Both the position numbers and the translations under genes were made by a program. From the NCBI GenBank assembly GCA_973851085.1, contig OZ316775.1, forward strand, positions 1,798,001 through 1,862,000: a stretch of DNA of 64,000 bases, in the 5' to 3' direction. This document shows, in pieces, positions 50,101-63,745 of this stretch; the stretch's first letter is position 1, and each line of letters begins with the position of its first letter. The notes below the pieces were generated by a model, which saw only the letters and a list, made by a program, of their open reading frames with translations, was not told the DNA's origin and did no database searches. Origin of the DNA: Ptychomitrium polyphyllum (taxonomy: Eukaryota).

Positions 50101-50900
50101 CGCTTAAGAGAGGATTTTTTCCTGGAAGGGTGTGGGCCTGCTAGAGGCGCAGAGAAAGTGTTCCGATCCACTGGCTCTAGTGGCCCCGACATAAACCCTC
50201 TCTCTATTGGCCCTGACATGAAACCTCTCTCCAGAGGACCTGACATAAACCCTCGCTCTAGGGGACCAGATTGCAAGCCCCTGTCAAGAGGACCTGAAGC
50301 AGGTCCGGACAAAGGTCCTGATATGGGCCCAGAATTAGCAATACGTTGCAGAGGAAGGGCACTGAACGACGCCGTGCTCTCAAAAGCTGCTGCACGCTCA
50401 ATGGGAACATTGGAGAAGGAATTGAACTGCTCTTGACTCGCCACTGAGCGGGGTGTGGCAGTGTTGGCGCTCACAGAAGCGCCAGATATGGCCTTGAACG
50501 ATGTCTCGGTCATGCTCTTCGCCCTCTCGTTATGTTTTCCTTTCTCTCCCTTCTCCCATCCCACCCTGGGCCTCTCCGTCAGCTGGGATCGCAGGATAGC
50601 GTCAGGGTCCGTTCTCGCAGCTTCTAGGTTTGGCAGCTCGTCCGAAACAACCCCAATTTGGGATTCGACCTCTACAGTATCAGCAGACTCCAACGCCAGG
50701 TCGAGCGCTGGAGGGGAGATGTCACGGGAATCCCCATGGTTGGGAGACAGAGTGGGTGACCCAAGCACGGGTCTGACATAGCAAAACGAATGTCCCAATC
50801 CCTCGTCCAAAGGTTCGGAAAAATGCAGCCCATGACCATATTTCTCATGCCTCTCTGAGCTGAAGCATCCCACCACAATCCTTGACATCCTATTGCCCAT
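47109..50900 (-). CDS. PLL: Protein phosphatase 2C, POLTERGEIST/PLL (clade C) type
   Basis: Exons ~50900-48973, 48855-48681, 48459-48078, 47966-47853, 47644-47379, 47242-47109. MGN...GCFS acylation-type N-terminus; [13 protein letters not shown](P/A)(L/I) repeats; [56 protein letters not shown] and [10 protein letters not shown]. Confidence 0.95.
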
Positions 50901-53669
50901 CGCATGCTCTGCACTATGGCTGCTTACAGTCATCGAAATTGCACATCGTCAATGACTGCCAAGTATGCCTTCCCTTACACTCAAATTGCCAGAAAGAAAA
51001 CACACAAACACGCACCAATATGTCCCTTCACATACAAACAATGCAACACATGCACACCTTGAAAATCCTTCCATCACATAAAAAGGCCCCTCAACGCGAT
51101 ACCCGCCATCGATCACAAACTTTAAAAATGATCACAAAATTCACCTCTCTACCTGGTTGAAAACCCTACAGGCCCAAATTCACTCCGCTGCCTTGCCCCC
51201 TCCATGTGACAGATCCACCACATCCCTGCAATTGCGGCGACCCCCCCCCCCCCCCACACTAGTCCTCCCACCCTATCACACACCACGCGACTCCAGAAGA
51301 CCCCCAAACTAGCAAGACCACCTCAAACTTACGATGTAAGAATCCGGGCGTGCCGCACAGACGTCATCATAAGAGCCGCAGCATTTCTAAGCTTCTCGCC
51401 CTGCTGCAGCTGCGCTCAGCTCCGGCCCAGCTCTCTCCACCCCCCCTCCTCCTCTTTCTCCTCCAGTGACGATACCCAACCCAACCCCTCGTATGTATTC
51501 TCCTCCTGCTTGTGGTCCTCACCTCATTTAATCGCCGGCCATCTCCTCGCCCGCCCTACCTCATCAGCCATTCTTCAAAATCCCTGCTTTCTCGTCCGCC
51601 ATCGACACCACCCTCCCCACTACCGATATATGCTCCTCATCGCCTTGTGAAGCCTCTCCACAAGCCCCCTCCCCACTCCCCCCTCCATGCCCTCCTCCTC
51701 CCCCTCCCATCAACCCCACCCAATTCCCCTCTCCCCTCCTACTCCTCCACCACCTCCACATCCATCCGCAAAGGCTGTACTTTTACCTCAAAACTAAACC
51801 AAAAAAAGTGTCCACCTCGCACCTCCCCTCCCAAGCCCTACCAGAAAATTCTCACTCCACAAGCAGCAACCTCTGAGAGAGAGGAGAGTGGACTGCAGAG
51901 CCTGGCCATCAACTGACGAGACTGCAGCCAAAGGTGGACGCTTTGGCTATGTGAGGGAGGGGAGCGCAGAGGCGTGCGACCTAGCCTAGGAGGTGATGAT
52001 GGTGGAGTGGCGATGCAGATGCGGAGCCATGATGACGACGACGACGCGCAGGAGCATGGGAAAAGGAGCAAGCTCGGAGGTCGCGCTTCTCGTGAAGGGG
52101 GAGCTCTTCTCTCTCGCACTCTCTGCTGCTCTTCTCCCCCGTCTCTCTCTCACTGTGTGTCTCTCTACTGTGGGGCGCTCTGACAGCCGACCGCCGGTCG
52201 GGCGTATTCCGAGATCGCGCGTACGGCGGGACATACGCGGCGTAGACTACGGAGGGTGGTGCACCCCAGGTCGGTGGTGGGGTTGGGGGGCCGCGTGTCG
52301 CCTTCCAGGGGATGGAGGGGAGGGAACAGAGGTTAAGTTGTTCTCTTGGCAAAATTGATTGCTGAGTTTTGACCCCCAACAAAATTCAATTGGCTTGCAT
52401 ACATGACGTTCTTCCTGAGTGACCCCTTTGAACACCCTCTTCCACAATTGAGGGAGTTTGAGCCAACTCCCTCAACCAAACTAGGTTTGTGTCTTACTAT
52501 TACATTCAATGTTATATGACTTCACTATCATTCATTGTTGATTTTCTACTTTGTATGATGGAAGTGAATTAATTCGTTTGGTACAAGATGTTGTGTAAAT
52601 TATGTAGAAATTTGAAGAATAAAATTTTGAAATAAACTATTACATCTTCTATGGTGATCTATCAAAAAAGACTTAACCAAATTGACTACACTAGAAAGTT
52701 TAACTAATACTTATAGCCTCCTTGACTAAATTTTTAAATAAAAATAAAAATGAATCAAAGAAGACATAAAAATAAACATTGGAAACTTTAAATGAAAGAG
52801 CGTGTCTTCATTTACTAAGAGTTTTATACTCACCTATTATTTTTACTGCTTCTTGAATGCATCATCAATCAAGAGAGAATAGTGCATTTAGCCTTTTATG
52901 TCCTACAATCATTCTAGCTTTACATTAGTATAGCATCCAATAAATCATAAACTGTATATGCTCATGAATTATTCTATTGAAACTTTTTGTACTAGAGATC
53001 TTTTATGTTCTACACCTTATCTTACATTTTCTTTATTTTTGAAATTCAATAATTTTTAAAAAACTTTATGTTTAGTTCTAGAAATGCATTGCAAATACAA
53101 ACTCAAAATATCCAAAAGTATCCAAAAAATCCAAAACCTTCACAAAAGCATTAAATTATAGTACTTCAACTTTTTTATTTAGTTTTTGTCATCATACATT
53201 TAAATTAAAAAATATAATTTTCTAGGACTTCTAAATGCACCAATTATACACATTATTTTTAAGACACCTTCCCTCTGAATACCACAAAAGTCAAAGTTTG
53301 AAGGTAAGATCGCAACAAAAAACTGCACTAGATTGCAACTCAGTTGCTCACATGTGTTAGAAGCAAACAACTTCTTGGATAAAAATTTACAGAAGACATC
53401 AAAATTGTTAACACAGACCATTTTGCTCACCTCAGACATGAAGGGTTAAGCCAATTCTGGCTAGAATGGGTATTGTCAATGGGCCATTCTGGATCCTTAT
53501 TGACTTGTTGGCAATGAGGGGCAATCTCCTATGGGCACAGAATGGGTTCCTTTATTGCTTCTCACATCCAGCATGCAATTTAGTCTCACTTGCAATTAGC
53601 ATGGTTGGCTTGCTTCTGTGGAGAGGCTGTACTTGTTGCACTGCAGGTTGAGTGACATTGCAAATCTCT

Positions 53670-54000
53670 TTTATGTCATTTTGACAGGAGGTATAATATC
53701 AAAATGAATGTGTGTCACGGCGTATGTTGGTTTTGATGTCAAAGTGACATGGAAATTATGTAGGTTCAAATAATGTCAAAATGACATACAAATGATGTTG
53801 GTCAAAAAGTCATGTAAACGGCATGGGTTAAAATAACGTTAAACTAACGTTTGAATGGTAATTATGTTAATTTGAAGTCATTTTGATATCATTTTGACCT
53901 ATGTCATGTTTATTTTGTTACTGTTTTGATGTCAAGATGTTACAGAAATGATATGCAAATAATGAGTTATCTATTGATGTGATTTTGGTGTTGACAATTA
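53670..54000. repeat. Degenerate foldback/MITE-like element built from a short motif in both orientations
   Basis: Multiple copies of tgtcattttgac and gtcaaaatgaca variants. aaacggcatgggttaaaataacgttaaa is an imperfect reverse complement of tttgatatcattttgacctatgtcatgttt. Confidence 0.5.
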
Positions 54001-56653
54001 TTATATTCAAGAGTTTGTTTGTTGAATTTAATTTTCAACTTATACACATGTAATTAAGGAATTTCTAACCTCCATAAATAAACAATAAATTATAGTGTTT
54101 TGGGGAATGTATACATATGTGCATAATTATTAGAATATATATTAAATGTTGATTGTATATGTATTTTAATTGTATTAGTATATTGCAACATGTTGAATTC
54201 ATACATTGAAATTGATGCTTGTGCCAATTTTAAAACACACAAGAGAAATGGAATAGTCATATGATACAATATACATAGCAATAGTGGTATGAGACTTTAA
54301 ATTTTAAAATACAACAATCTTTAATATTACAAAACACTGACAATAAGCATTTGAACAAGGAAACTAACAATGGTGGTACATTGCAAGTACATAACTAATG
54401 AATTGAATTATGGAAATGAAATAGTGATTTGGTTTTTTAAAAGATTCATTTTTAATAGTACAACATTCATCACCATTTTAAAAATGTATCATGTGATAAG
54501 CTCAAATTAAAGTACACAGTGTGTTCAGTACAAATGTCATGCTCACAAATTCAAAATTATAATGACAACACATGTACAAAGAGTGTCCAAGCCTAATACC
54601 AATTTTGCAACAACAACATTGTCATGCAGAAAGACCAAGTGCATTATCAATCTTCTCACAACAACACCATTACAAAGAATATACTGATATGTTATTAATC
54701 TAATGTTGCTATTAAACAATATATTTGAAAAACAAAAAAATTATTATCATTGTAATAATGCTTTAATTCTTATCACTTTATACTTTCTTAACAAAAATCA
54801 AGTCAATGATTATTACTCAATTATGCATTGGAACTTTTTGGACACTCATAATTCAAATGTTATTCAATATTAAAAGACTAAGTATCAACACATTAGTGTA
54901 GAATTAAATTCTGATTTGCATATTGAACTTGAATTTTCAATACTTATGTAAGTTGGTAAAGTCAATCAAAAAATTTGATTTATTAAGTTAGAAATTTTGT
55001 AAATATACTAAAAAATAGTTTACCTTAATACTAAAACTTCAAAATCCAAGAGATGCTATGTTTGTGTAAAACTAAATTTTAATAAAGCCAAACATAGAAA
55101 TAATTATGATGTCGGTAAGATTAAAGATCCAAATATTGAAAAATTACATAAGTACCTTATCTTGTTTTCAGAAACATCAAATAACCTCGTACACTCCAAG
55201 CAATAAAATTGTGGTAAAAACTACAACCAAAACTTCACACAAAGTTAAGAAGATAATTATATCATGTCAATAAAACTAAAAACATGTAATGATGTTTGAT
55301 TGAAACATGTGACATAAATAATTGCTAATTGTTTCAGTCATAGCACAAAAATTATCATTCAGTAACATATGTCATACTCCAATGGCCATGTTTCCAGAAA
55401 GAATCCTACATGCCATACATACAATACACCCTCTATTTATATGCCCTGTATGAATGGTGGAAAGACATTAAGTGGTCAATTGCATACCAAACAAAATATA
55501 CAGAGGTAGGAAGCACAGGGTGAACTTGAGTTTTTCTATATTGATATCTGACTTCTGAGTCAATGATCTTGCAATGTGTGGTTGGATTGGTGGTGATGCA
55601 GTGTCAACTGGTACGCATACAAATGCACCACGGTATAAATGTATGATCGGTGAGGATTGCCAAGGATTGACGGTTGCGCTGCATATTAAATTATGGATTA
55701 CCGTAGTGTTGTATGAGAAGGTCACACTGTCAAGCGGTATTTGTGCACATTATATTGCACTAAAATCTATGTCACATTGTGCCTACATCTACTATTATAC
55801 TGCTGTACAATGTGGATCAGGGTAATGTGATGTGTATCCATAATGTATCCACTAATCAGCCATTAAATTACAGAGTTTATTAATTTGGAGAAGGACTGTG
55901 GTACCATAACTCAAGGCTTGATACAAGTTACAAGTCTCACATCTTTGGCTCCTCTGGTGTGCAGTTAAAACAAGATCTAGGAAGGGTCTTCACCTTTTGA
56001 TGGATTCACTAAATCGGATGACTTTCAACTCATTTACTGAAGGCAGGACTGTTTCATCAATTTCTGTAAACAATTCAAACTTGTATGTACTTATGTCATA
56101 CCTGGTTGCTAAACTGCACATAAGTAGCTTCAGATCTTCACCAGTCTGGAGTCACCTCCTGACCTGGACCTTAGCATAGCAGCCTAGTAGCTTACCAACA
56201 GAACAGGAAAAGAAACCAAAACTCGAAGTCATAGAACATGGGAGGCCCCACTTTTAGAGCTGAGGAGGGGCCATAGGACAACTAAACGATACCTACCGTG
56301 TTGGAGGAGGCATGCCCAGTTATACTGATAAAAAATGGATGGAATGGAGCATGTCAACAGCACTAAATATAGGAAGACGAAGGGTCCGCTATAATTATAC
56401 TATATTGACCTTGATAGAATTTGTTGCAGGCTTCAAGTGGCGGTTTGAAGCCCTCTGCAAGCTGCCTCTAGGTGGATCTAATCGTGGCGCAGCTGGGCTC
56501 CACTTCGTTCCTTCATCTCGACAATGACGAAGGTACAAAAACAACTCCAATTATATGCATCTATGTTCGGGGGTCAACCTCTGAAGCTGCCAGGAAACTT
56601 CGCGCTGAATTCCACTAGGATGCTGAAGAGCGTGTCGTTATTCAGGATGGGGG

Positions 56654-56787
56654 GGGGTCCGTTGGAGTGGATGAGAATGTCGAGGGCGTCCAGTGGAGTG
56701 GAGTGGATGAGAATGTTGAGGGGGTCCGTTGGAGTGGATGAGAATGTTGAGGGCGTCCAGTGGGGTGGAGTGGATGAGAATGTTGAG
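56654..56787. repeat. Tandem repeat: two ~67-nt units, each holding two copies of GGAGTGGATGAGAATGT(T/C)GAGG
   Basis: Four copies of ggagtggatgagaatgtYgagg separated by alternating spacers (gcgtccagtggRgt and gggtccgtt). Confidence 0.85.
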
Positions 56788-59700
56788 GAGCCTTGTGCGC
56801 AATGTTGCAACTGGCGGTTGGCGCATGGTGGCGTTGGCCTTCAAGTGGAAACTATTTAGGTAGCTTTTGGTTGTTGTGTGAGATGAGATTCATTGTGTTG
56901 CTGTGCTTTGAGTTTGGTGTGACTTTGGGCTTTGAGATTGCTTTTGACTTTCTGGTGGGTGGTTCATAGGTTGCTCTTTATGACTTGTCTGTATATGCAG
57001 TTTCGAAGAAGCTTGTTTCTCCACACTCCAACCCATCGAACAATCTCAGCGGTTTCCGTACTTTTGATGCGCTGGAGCCTGAAAGCCTAGATTCTTAATG
57101 GAAGTGGTGCAGATGTGGATGTAGCTGCTTAATCATTCCCTGAGGGTGAGGGTGGCCGCAAGGGAATTTGCTATGTCAAGAATGATATGCAACGGTCTCT
57201 ACTCCAAAGTGGCTAATAAATGATCATATGCATGATGAATCTATTTTTGAATCATACAACAATTGATTAGGTTGCATTAGGTAGATATTCTTTGGATTGG
57301 GTGAATTCAATGGAATGTTTCATTATCTTCACGGAAGTCCATGCTTATATCATTCATGTTGATAACTATTCATTTTTTCATTCAATATATTTTTAGTTCT
57401 AGACGATGTGTGCATTTTGTTGTGGCTTAATTTTTCTAGTGGAAACAACTTCAATTGAGAATATCTTTTGAAGGAACCCCTATTAAAACTTAATGTATAT
57501 CATATGAATAAATCATATATTAAATAGTTTTCTAGCATAATTGTGTTTTTGTATCTTTTTTCTTTTGCTTATATAAAGTTTTGTTTCATCTACAAGGTAA
57601 AAAATATTGATAAATAAATTTCATAAACAAATTTGTACAACTAATCATCTTTTTTAATAACCTTTATTGGAGTTCCTGGTTCTCCAACAATCTTAATAAT
57701 GCTTTTGGCACTTGTTTACAGGGATTCAATAATGAAAGGATAAAGAATTTTATTGCTATAGTCAATATGAGTGCTAAATTTGATGTTACATTAGCATGTA
57801 TGAATTAGAAATCTGAAGAAAAAATGCATGTGGGAAATTACTCCTTATACAACATATGTGCATTAAATGAACAAAATTTAAGCTACATGGAGCTATTGAA
57901 GGAAGGTTTATTGCAATTGAATTATTTGTAAGTATTTTCCAATATCTTTACAAATTGCAAGTGTAAAATAGAATTGAACATTATCTATTCTAATCTTTCC
58001 ATATAAAAAATTTATCATACAAAAACCATGTTAGGAGGTTAAAAATTAATTGAAAATAAAAAGAGAGTGTACATCTTTTGCATTTAAGAAACCTCAAAAA
58101 CACAAAAAAAAATCATTATTTACATAATATAGTATAAATTCTTTAATACCACTTTGAAGTTGAGCAGCTTTTTAATATATGTTTATTAATTGCTTATTTG
58201 AAAATAAGAATGTATCCTATGTTTTGAATGCATTAAAAATGATTATTATTAATGTATTAAACATAATTTAGTAGATTCTTATTTGAAAAAATATATATAG
58301 ATGGCAATATCAATGCACCAATTTAAAACCACACAATTTTTTTTGACTCTTATATTACTTCAGTTCATTTAATAAAAAAATTTGAAAAAATTATGTACAA
58401 ATTAAATCAATGAAGGACTAAATGCGCTTTTGGCCAAGTAAGCATTTTCTTACACATAATAGTTTTTACAAAATATAATTACAAATAGTAAGATAAATGA
58501 ATAAAAAAAAAGACCACAACAAATAAATGTTGAATACTTTGAAATAGGTTTGGATACAAAAAAACAATTTGAAATGGATTTTCTTTTAGGTTAAAATTGT
58601 ATTTATTCAAAAGTTAAAATTAAAATTTTCATATACTACTTATATTTCTACAACTTACAACAAATTTAATGAAGGTACAATGAATCTTATGTTTTTTTTC
58701 TGGAACTTTTTAGTTCATAAATTTTTTAAATTGAAAACTGATGAACTAGATAAATAGGATTGTATGGTAAAATCATAATTGAAGCTTCATCTACCAATAA
58801 TTTTCCTTTGTTTTTGATGTTGGTGCAAAGCTTTTCACTTCCTTAACTATATTCTAAATAAATTGGAATTTGATTTGAGTCATGACAAAAAATCTATGTA
58901 AAGTAATAATAGCACAAGAGTATGAAATCCACATTGTGTAAAATCTCATAATAACATACAATTTTATTTTAACATTTAGTAGCTTCCTACAATTTCTCAC
59001 ATGGTATTTTCTTGCTTCACACTATGTCCAGCAACTACGCTTAGAAGAACATGCATGACAACCAAAACAAAATGACCATGAATCCTTGTGTCTGCAAACA
59101 TCGCCTTCACTGTCAGGACTGGATGACCCTCCACATACACAAGGGGAAAATGCCCACAATAATACAACAACCATCAATTGGACCAATCAGACAGTACTTC
59201 CTTCCTGTTGTTTGACTAAAGGCAAATGCACACCCACAACACCCTTAAAGAAACAAGTTTTTAGAAAACTGGTCAGCCCACTCTGCCAGAACCAACTCCA
59301 AACCTGTGAAACATATTCAAATATGACTATTGAGTAAATCAGGGGACGAGCAGCAAGTTTGAATCTGCAGTCACCTCAAAAAACACCAAAGAACAAAAAC
59401 TTGTCCTTCAACTCACAGAAACCTGCAGTAGCAGCGTCCAACCAATAAGGCGCAACTACAAAAATACACATACACGATACGGCCCACGGAATACGCCGTA
59501 CTGCGCCTACGACCGCGTGACCCCACGGTCTTCGGCATACAGGTCTGTCACACCTGTTACCACGATCCATACGCCACGCTTGGGAGACGGCGACACTGCA
59601 CGCATCCTTGAACCGTTACTGCACCCTAGAACAGCCGCTCTCTATGATAGTCGTAGATAACAAAGCATCATGCCCACGTCGACTGTTGTTTCTGTTCGCA

Positions 59701-60161
59701 TTGCGTACAGTGACGGTTTTAGGTCAGCACCCTCGTACTTCCATCGTCGACCGTGGATCCACGGTCGTAGGAACTACTGTATTTAGACACTTTACTCAAG
59801 TCCGACACTGCAAATAGTGGGCATACACTTGAGGCTAGTGAATCTATAGTGACTCTAGATATTGTTGGTTTTGGGGTAGAATGACGGATATGGATGCGTC
59901 ACAAGCGCTTGCGTTTGGAAGCTCGACGACGATGTTGTGGTTGCGAAGCACGGCAGCTGCGGATCGAGCATTGGCGACGAGGGGACAGTCGAAGTGCGCG
60001 AGGAGCACGTCGACGTGACCGATCGGAAGGTGGAGTTCGTGATTTGTTTGGTATGTGGGTGATGCGGAAGGAGTGATTGAGGCCCAGGGAAGAAGGTGGA
60101 GGCGGGGGAGGAGAAGGTGCGAGAGGGGTTGGGAGAGGGTTGCAGCGTACTAGCTAGCGCT

Positions 60162-61252
60162 ATGTTTCGAGTGCGTGCGACTGCCTTCTTCACGGGATTC
60201 GCCGTGGCTTCGGGCATTGCCATGTTCCAGTTGCAGCGGGATGTGTGGGGCAGCCACCACATTCTCGCCGACGGGGTGGGTGCTTGCTACTCTGCCTCTT
60301 TGGACACCTCTTTGAGTTCCATGTCCTTGCAGATCTTGAGTTGTGTTGGCAGCCACGAAGGAGAAGCTGCAGATGTGATGTTGAATTGGGATTTTGCAGA
60401 GTCGCTGCCCGATGTGTTTAGCGGTGTTTGCATCTTTGGTTAGAAGCTCGGGCGGAGGATCTGGGTGTTGTTTGGATGTGCTTAAGGATGTTGTAAGTTG
60501 ATTTCGCGATGGGTATCTTAGGAAAGAAATCCAGATCCTAATTACGTTTCTTGTTTCGAAATGTCTTGTTGTACGGCGAGATTGTTTCTTGGTTTAGGGT
60601 TTTGTTGGTGTTTCAACCGTGGCTTTCCAAGCACTGGACAGCCGGAAATTGGATTCCAGGTTGCGTGCGTGTGAATCTTAGAGTTTATCATAGTTTAGGG
60701 TTTTTAGGTCTTTTTGTGTTCGCCATAATAACCGGTGGAAGAAGTTTCAATAGAATAGAGGTCTAAATATGAGGTTTTCCATTATCCTCACGTGGTACGA
60801 ATAGACGTATAATCTGCAGTAGCAAATTTGAAGCAACCCTATGTGCTGGTACTTAGGATGTTTCTCAAGTCTGCAGCCCATGTTGGAGACAAGTAAGTAC
60901 TGACTAGACACCATTCGGCGATGTATTGGCGCGAACGAGCTGGTTAAACAGATTTATTTTTCAATGCATGGATAGAACTGAAAGTGTCTCCAAATTTACA
61001 TACTACCACAATTCAGAACTTCCAGTTAATCTGCGGGCTTATTTGATTTCGAATGGCGTATCGCATAACTCATGTGTTTGTGTCCTTCTAAAGCTTTCTT
61101 ACCAATGTGCTGGTTTGTTATAGTTCTGCATTGTTGGTGGTTTTGATGTTCAGGTAGAGGGGTATTACAAGCAATTGGAGAAACGGATACAACATCTTGA
61201 GCGTGCGGCCGGTGTTAGCGCTCCTTCTCCAGCTCACGCGGTTAGCCCCTAG
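60162..61252 (+). CDS. Small (70 aa) single-pass membrane protein with a C-terminal coiled coil; possibly mitochondrial, function unknown
   Basis: Two exons, 60162-60275 and 61154-61252 (GT-AG intron), giving MFRVRATAFFTGFAVASGIAMFQLQRDVWGSHHILADG|VEGYYKQLEKRIQHLERAAG...SP*. It resembles small conserved plant proteins of the M.RVR..SFF.G.A.AS...LE.RI..LE type. Confidence 0.75.
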
Positions 61253-62378
61253 ACCGATATCTCGATTGTTTGATGGTTCGGAAGAATGTAGTGTCCTAAG
61301 TATGTCTGCATGTAATAGTTACGGAAAGCTGAATTTTGCATGTACTCAAGAGGGTGTTTTGGATGATTGTAGGGAGGCGCTGAAGAATGCGACTGATCCA
61401 TCTTTTTTTGTTTTCTTAGTACCGGTCTAAAGGCTTCTGGAAATGTTTTTCTTGTCATAAAGTGGCGAGTCGACAGTACTACAGAAATTTTTCGGGGTTG
61501 TCTAGAGCAGAGTTTGAACGTTTCAAGGTCCTAATTGTAGTCATCATTGTACATCCTCTTGTAAAGCTGAAGCAGGTCCTGTGCCCTTGGCTTTTCATAT
61601 GGAGGTAGATGCTGCTGTATAAGTAGGAATCTAATCCTTACTGCTATGGATAAAAGTGTGAGCACGTTCTGAAACTTGGCTTCCTTTTCGACACTGAGAA
61701 ACACTTTATTATGCTTGAGGACATTGCAGCGTGTGAATAACTTCTTCTCTTTACATTTCTCTTTGCATTCCCAAACCAGCAGCCTTGGTCTTTGGAGTAA
61801 ATGTGACGAGAAAACACAGTCTGCTTTATAATCATTTGCAAACCGCTAGAATTTTGGGAGAAAATGCGGATGGTGGTAAGCTTTGTTCTAGTGCTACTTC
61901 GGTTTTCATGTTTTACAAAATTCGGAATTTACGAGTCTTGAACCTAGTGACTATGAAATATGTATGGCTAGAATGGTTTCCACTGGAACTGCCAAGCCTT
62001 GCAAGGCTGAAAACCCCGACAAGTAATACTTAGTTTGGAAGAATCCGGAAAATTGATGCAGAGGATTGAACAGTTTCATTCTGTCGAAATATTTGAACCT
62101 GTATTGTACATAGTGTTAATAGACCATAGTATATATAGCAAGCGTGGAATCCTTTTACCTATAACACATCTAGTATGAACCATTACTTTCTTTGACATGG
62201 TAACTCAGAAAGCTAGGCGATTAATTTGCAGTAATTTCTACGAAACTTCTGTCTGACCGGCGGCATTCTCTGTGGCCATAGCAATCTCCGGTTCCTAATT
62301 GTATTGATGCAGGTGGCTAGAACTTGCAACCTTTGGAAGCACCTCTATTTTCACTAAAGTTGAAAACACGAGAAATAA

Positions 62379-63745
62379 CTAAGCAGAAAATACCAAAAAG
62401 GTGAGTATCAGCAGTAGCACGATTAAAAATACTATCATGAGTACTTGGCATTTCCAGCCTGCCTTTTTCATTACCGTCGCAAGCTTTTTCTGCACATCAC
62501 ACATCATGAATTCACCATGTCAGCAAAATTCCTCCAGTACTCGCATGATGGACTCAAATCTCGTACAATACTGTACATAGCAAAAGTATTGCAACAGAAA
62601 GTCTTGAAAGAGTACGCCTAAAATCCAGAAGAATACATATGCTATACCTGGACTAAGTCAAGCCGAGTGGCCGTGCCATCCATATCATTGCTTAACTTAT
62701 CCATGAAGCCCCCCTGTGAGACAATCCAGATAAAGGTGAAACGAGGAATACGCATTTGACGACGTATCTCACGCTACTTTAAAGAAATCTGAATTCTAGC
62801 AAATGACCTGCAAGGATCCTGGTTCTAGGATGTATAGGGAGTTAAAGAACCATCGAGCTGAATGAAACAAGAATTGGTGTCCGAGCCCTACCAGATGAGA
62901 AGGATATACCTGTAAGGACAACTCTTCGTGTATAACAAGCCCAACATGACCAACATGACCCAGACTTGCACTTAATTCGTCTAGATCGTCATCCTGTTCT
63001 CTGTAAAACACAAGAAAATGCAACAAAAAAAGCTGAAGGCTTTAAGAAGAGTCCCTTCGCAAAAATCTTCAAAAAACATGGCCATTGAGCAATTTGCATT
63101 GGAAAGTACAATGTGCACAAGTTCAAAGCAGATGGTTGACAATAATACAGACATAAAACTTGACTGCGTTGATCAGCACAACTTTCACCATCGATCATGA
63201 CTGACGAGCTTACCGTAAGAGAAGTTCTTGTCGATCAGATTCATTGAAAATATAGCTGTCATGGTCCGTACGAACAGGAGTCTGCTGTAATGGATCGTCC
63301 AATCTCATCAATTCCCGGCGATTAGTTGGACCAGCACCAGTTCCGGTGTTCCTCGCAGGTATGCTTTGCACCTCCCCACTTATCGAATGAACCTGCAGCA
63401 CATGAAGAAGGCAGTATAAATGACCAAATAACCATGGCTTGCATGAAGTAGACAGGTCCATCAGAAAGGACGTAGAAGTTTTGCTTGCTTGAAGGCCTGT
63501 ATGATGTCACACGACAAAAATTAACCAGAATCCAACTATAAAATCCAAGCGTGTTACAACATATTTGAGTACAAACAAGGTTGAATACTTGACTAAGATA
63601 GCTCTCAGACAAATTGATTTTGACCACGAACCTGATTTCGTGTAGAAAAAGTCCACTTTTTGCGTCGACCAATTTCAGCAGCATCTACACTGAAGCGAGC
63701 TGGGTCCTTTTCTGCAACTCCAGTTGCCTTATCCAATTCATCAAC
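62379..63745 (-). CDS. SYP61: Syntaxin-61 (Qc-SNARE, syntaxin-6 family); 3' part only, start lies beyond the window
   Basis: Exons 63745-63632 (VDELDKATGVAEKDPARF...EIGRRKKW), ~63392-63214 (ESDRQELLLR), ~63001-62910 (EQDDDLDELSAS...IHEEL), 62713-62648 and ~62489-62379 (KKLATVMKKAG plus C-terminal TM, TAG). Confidence 0.9.

Noticed and set aside
51512..52447. Pro/Ser/Gly-rich ORFs upstream of PLL
   Set aside because: Low-complexity C/T- and G/A-rich promoter or leader sequence with no domain evidence.
54400..55830. LCNG motif on the minus strand suggesting a Helitron/PIF1 helicase relic
   Set aside because: Only a four-residue match; no other helicase motifs were found.
56654..56787. Repeat-spacer pattern superficially like a CRISPR array
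   Set aside because: The spacers are short and themselves repeated, the context is eukaryotic, and there are no cas genes.
62714..62909. SYP61 intron donor GTATATCCTT contains a U12-like ATATCCTT
   Set aside because: AT-AC boundaries here would add 4 nt and shift the frame. The canonical GT-AG join gives the expected SLQ|GGFMD.
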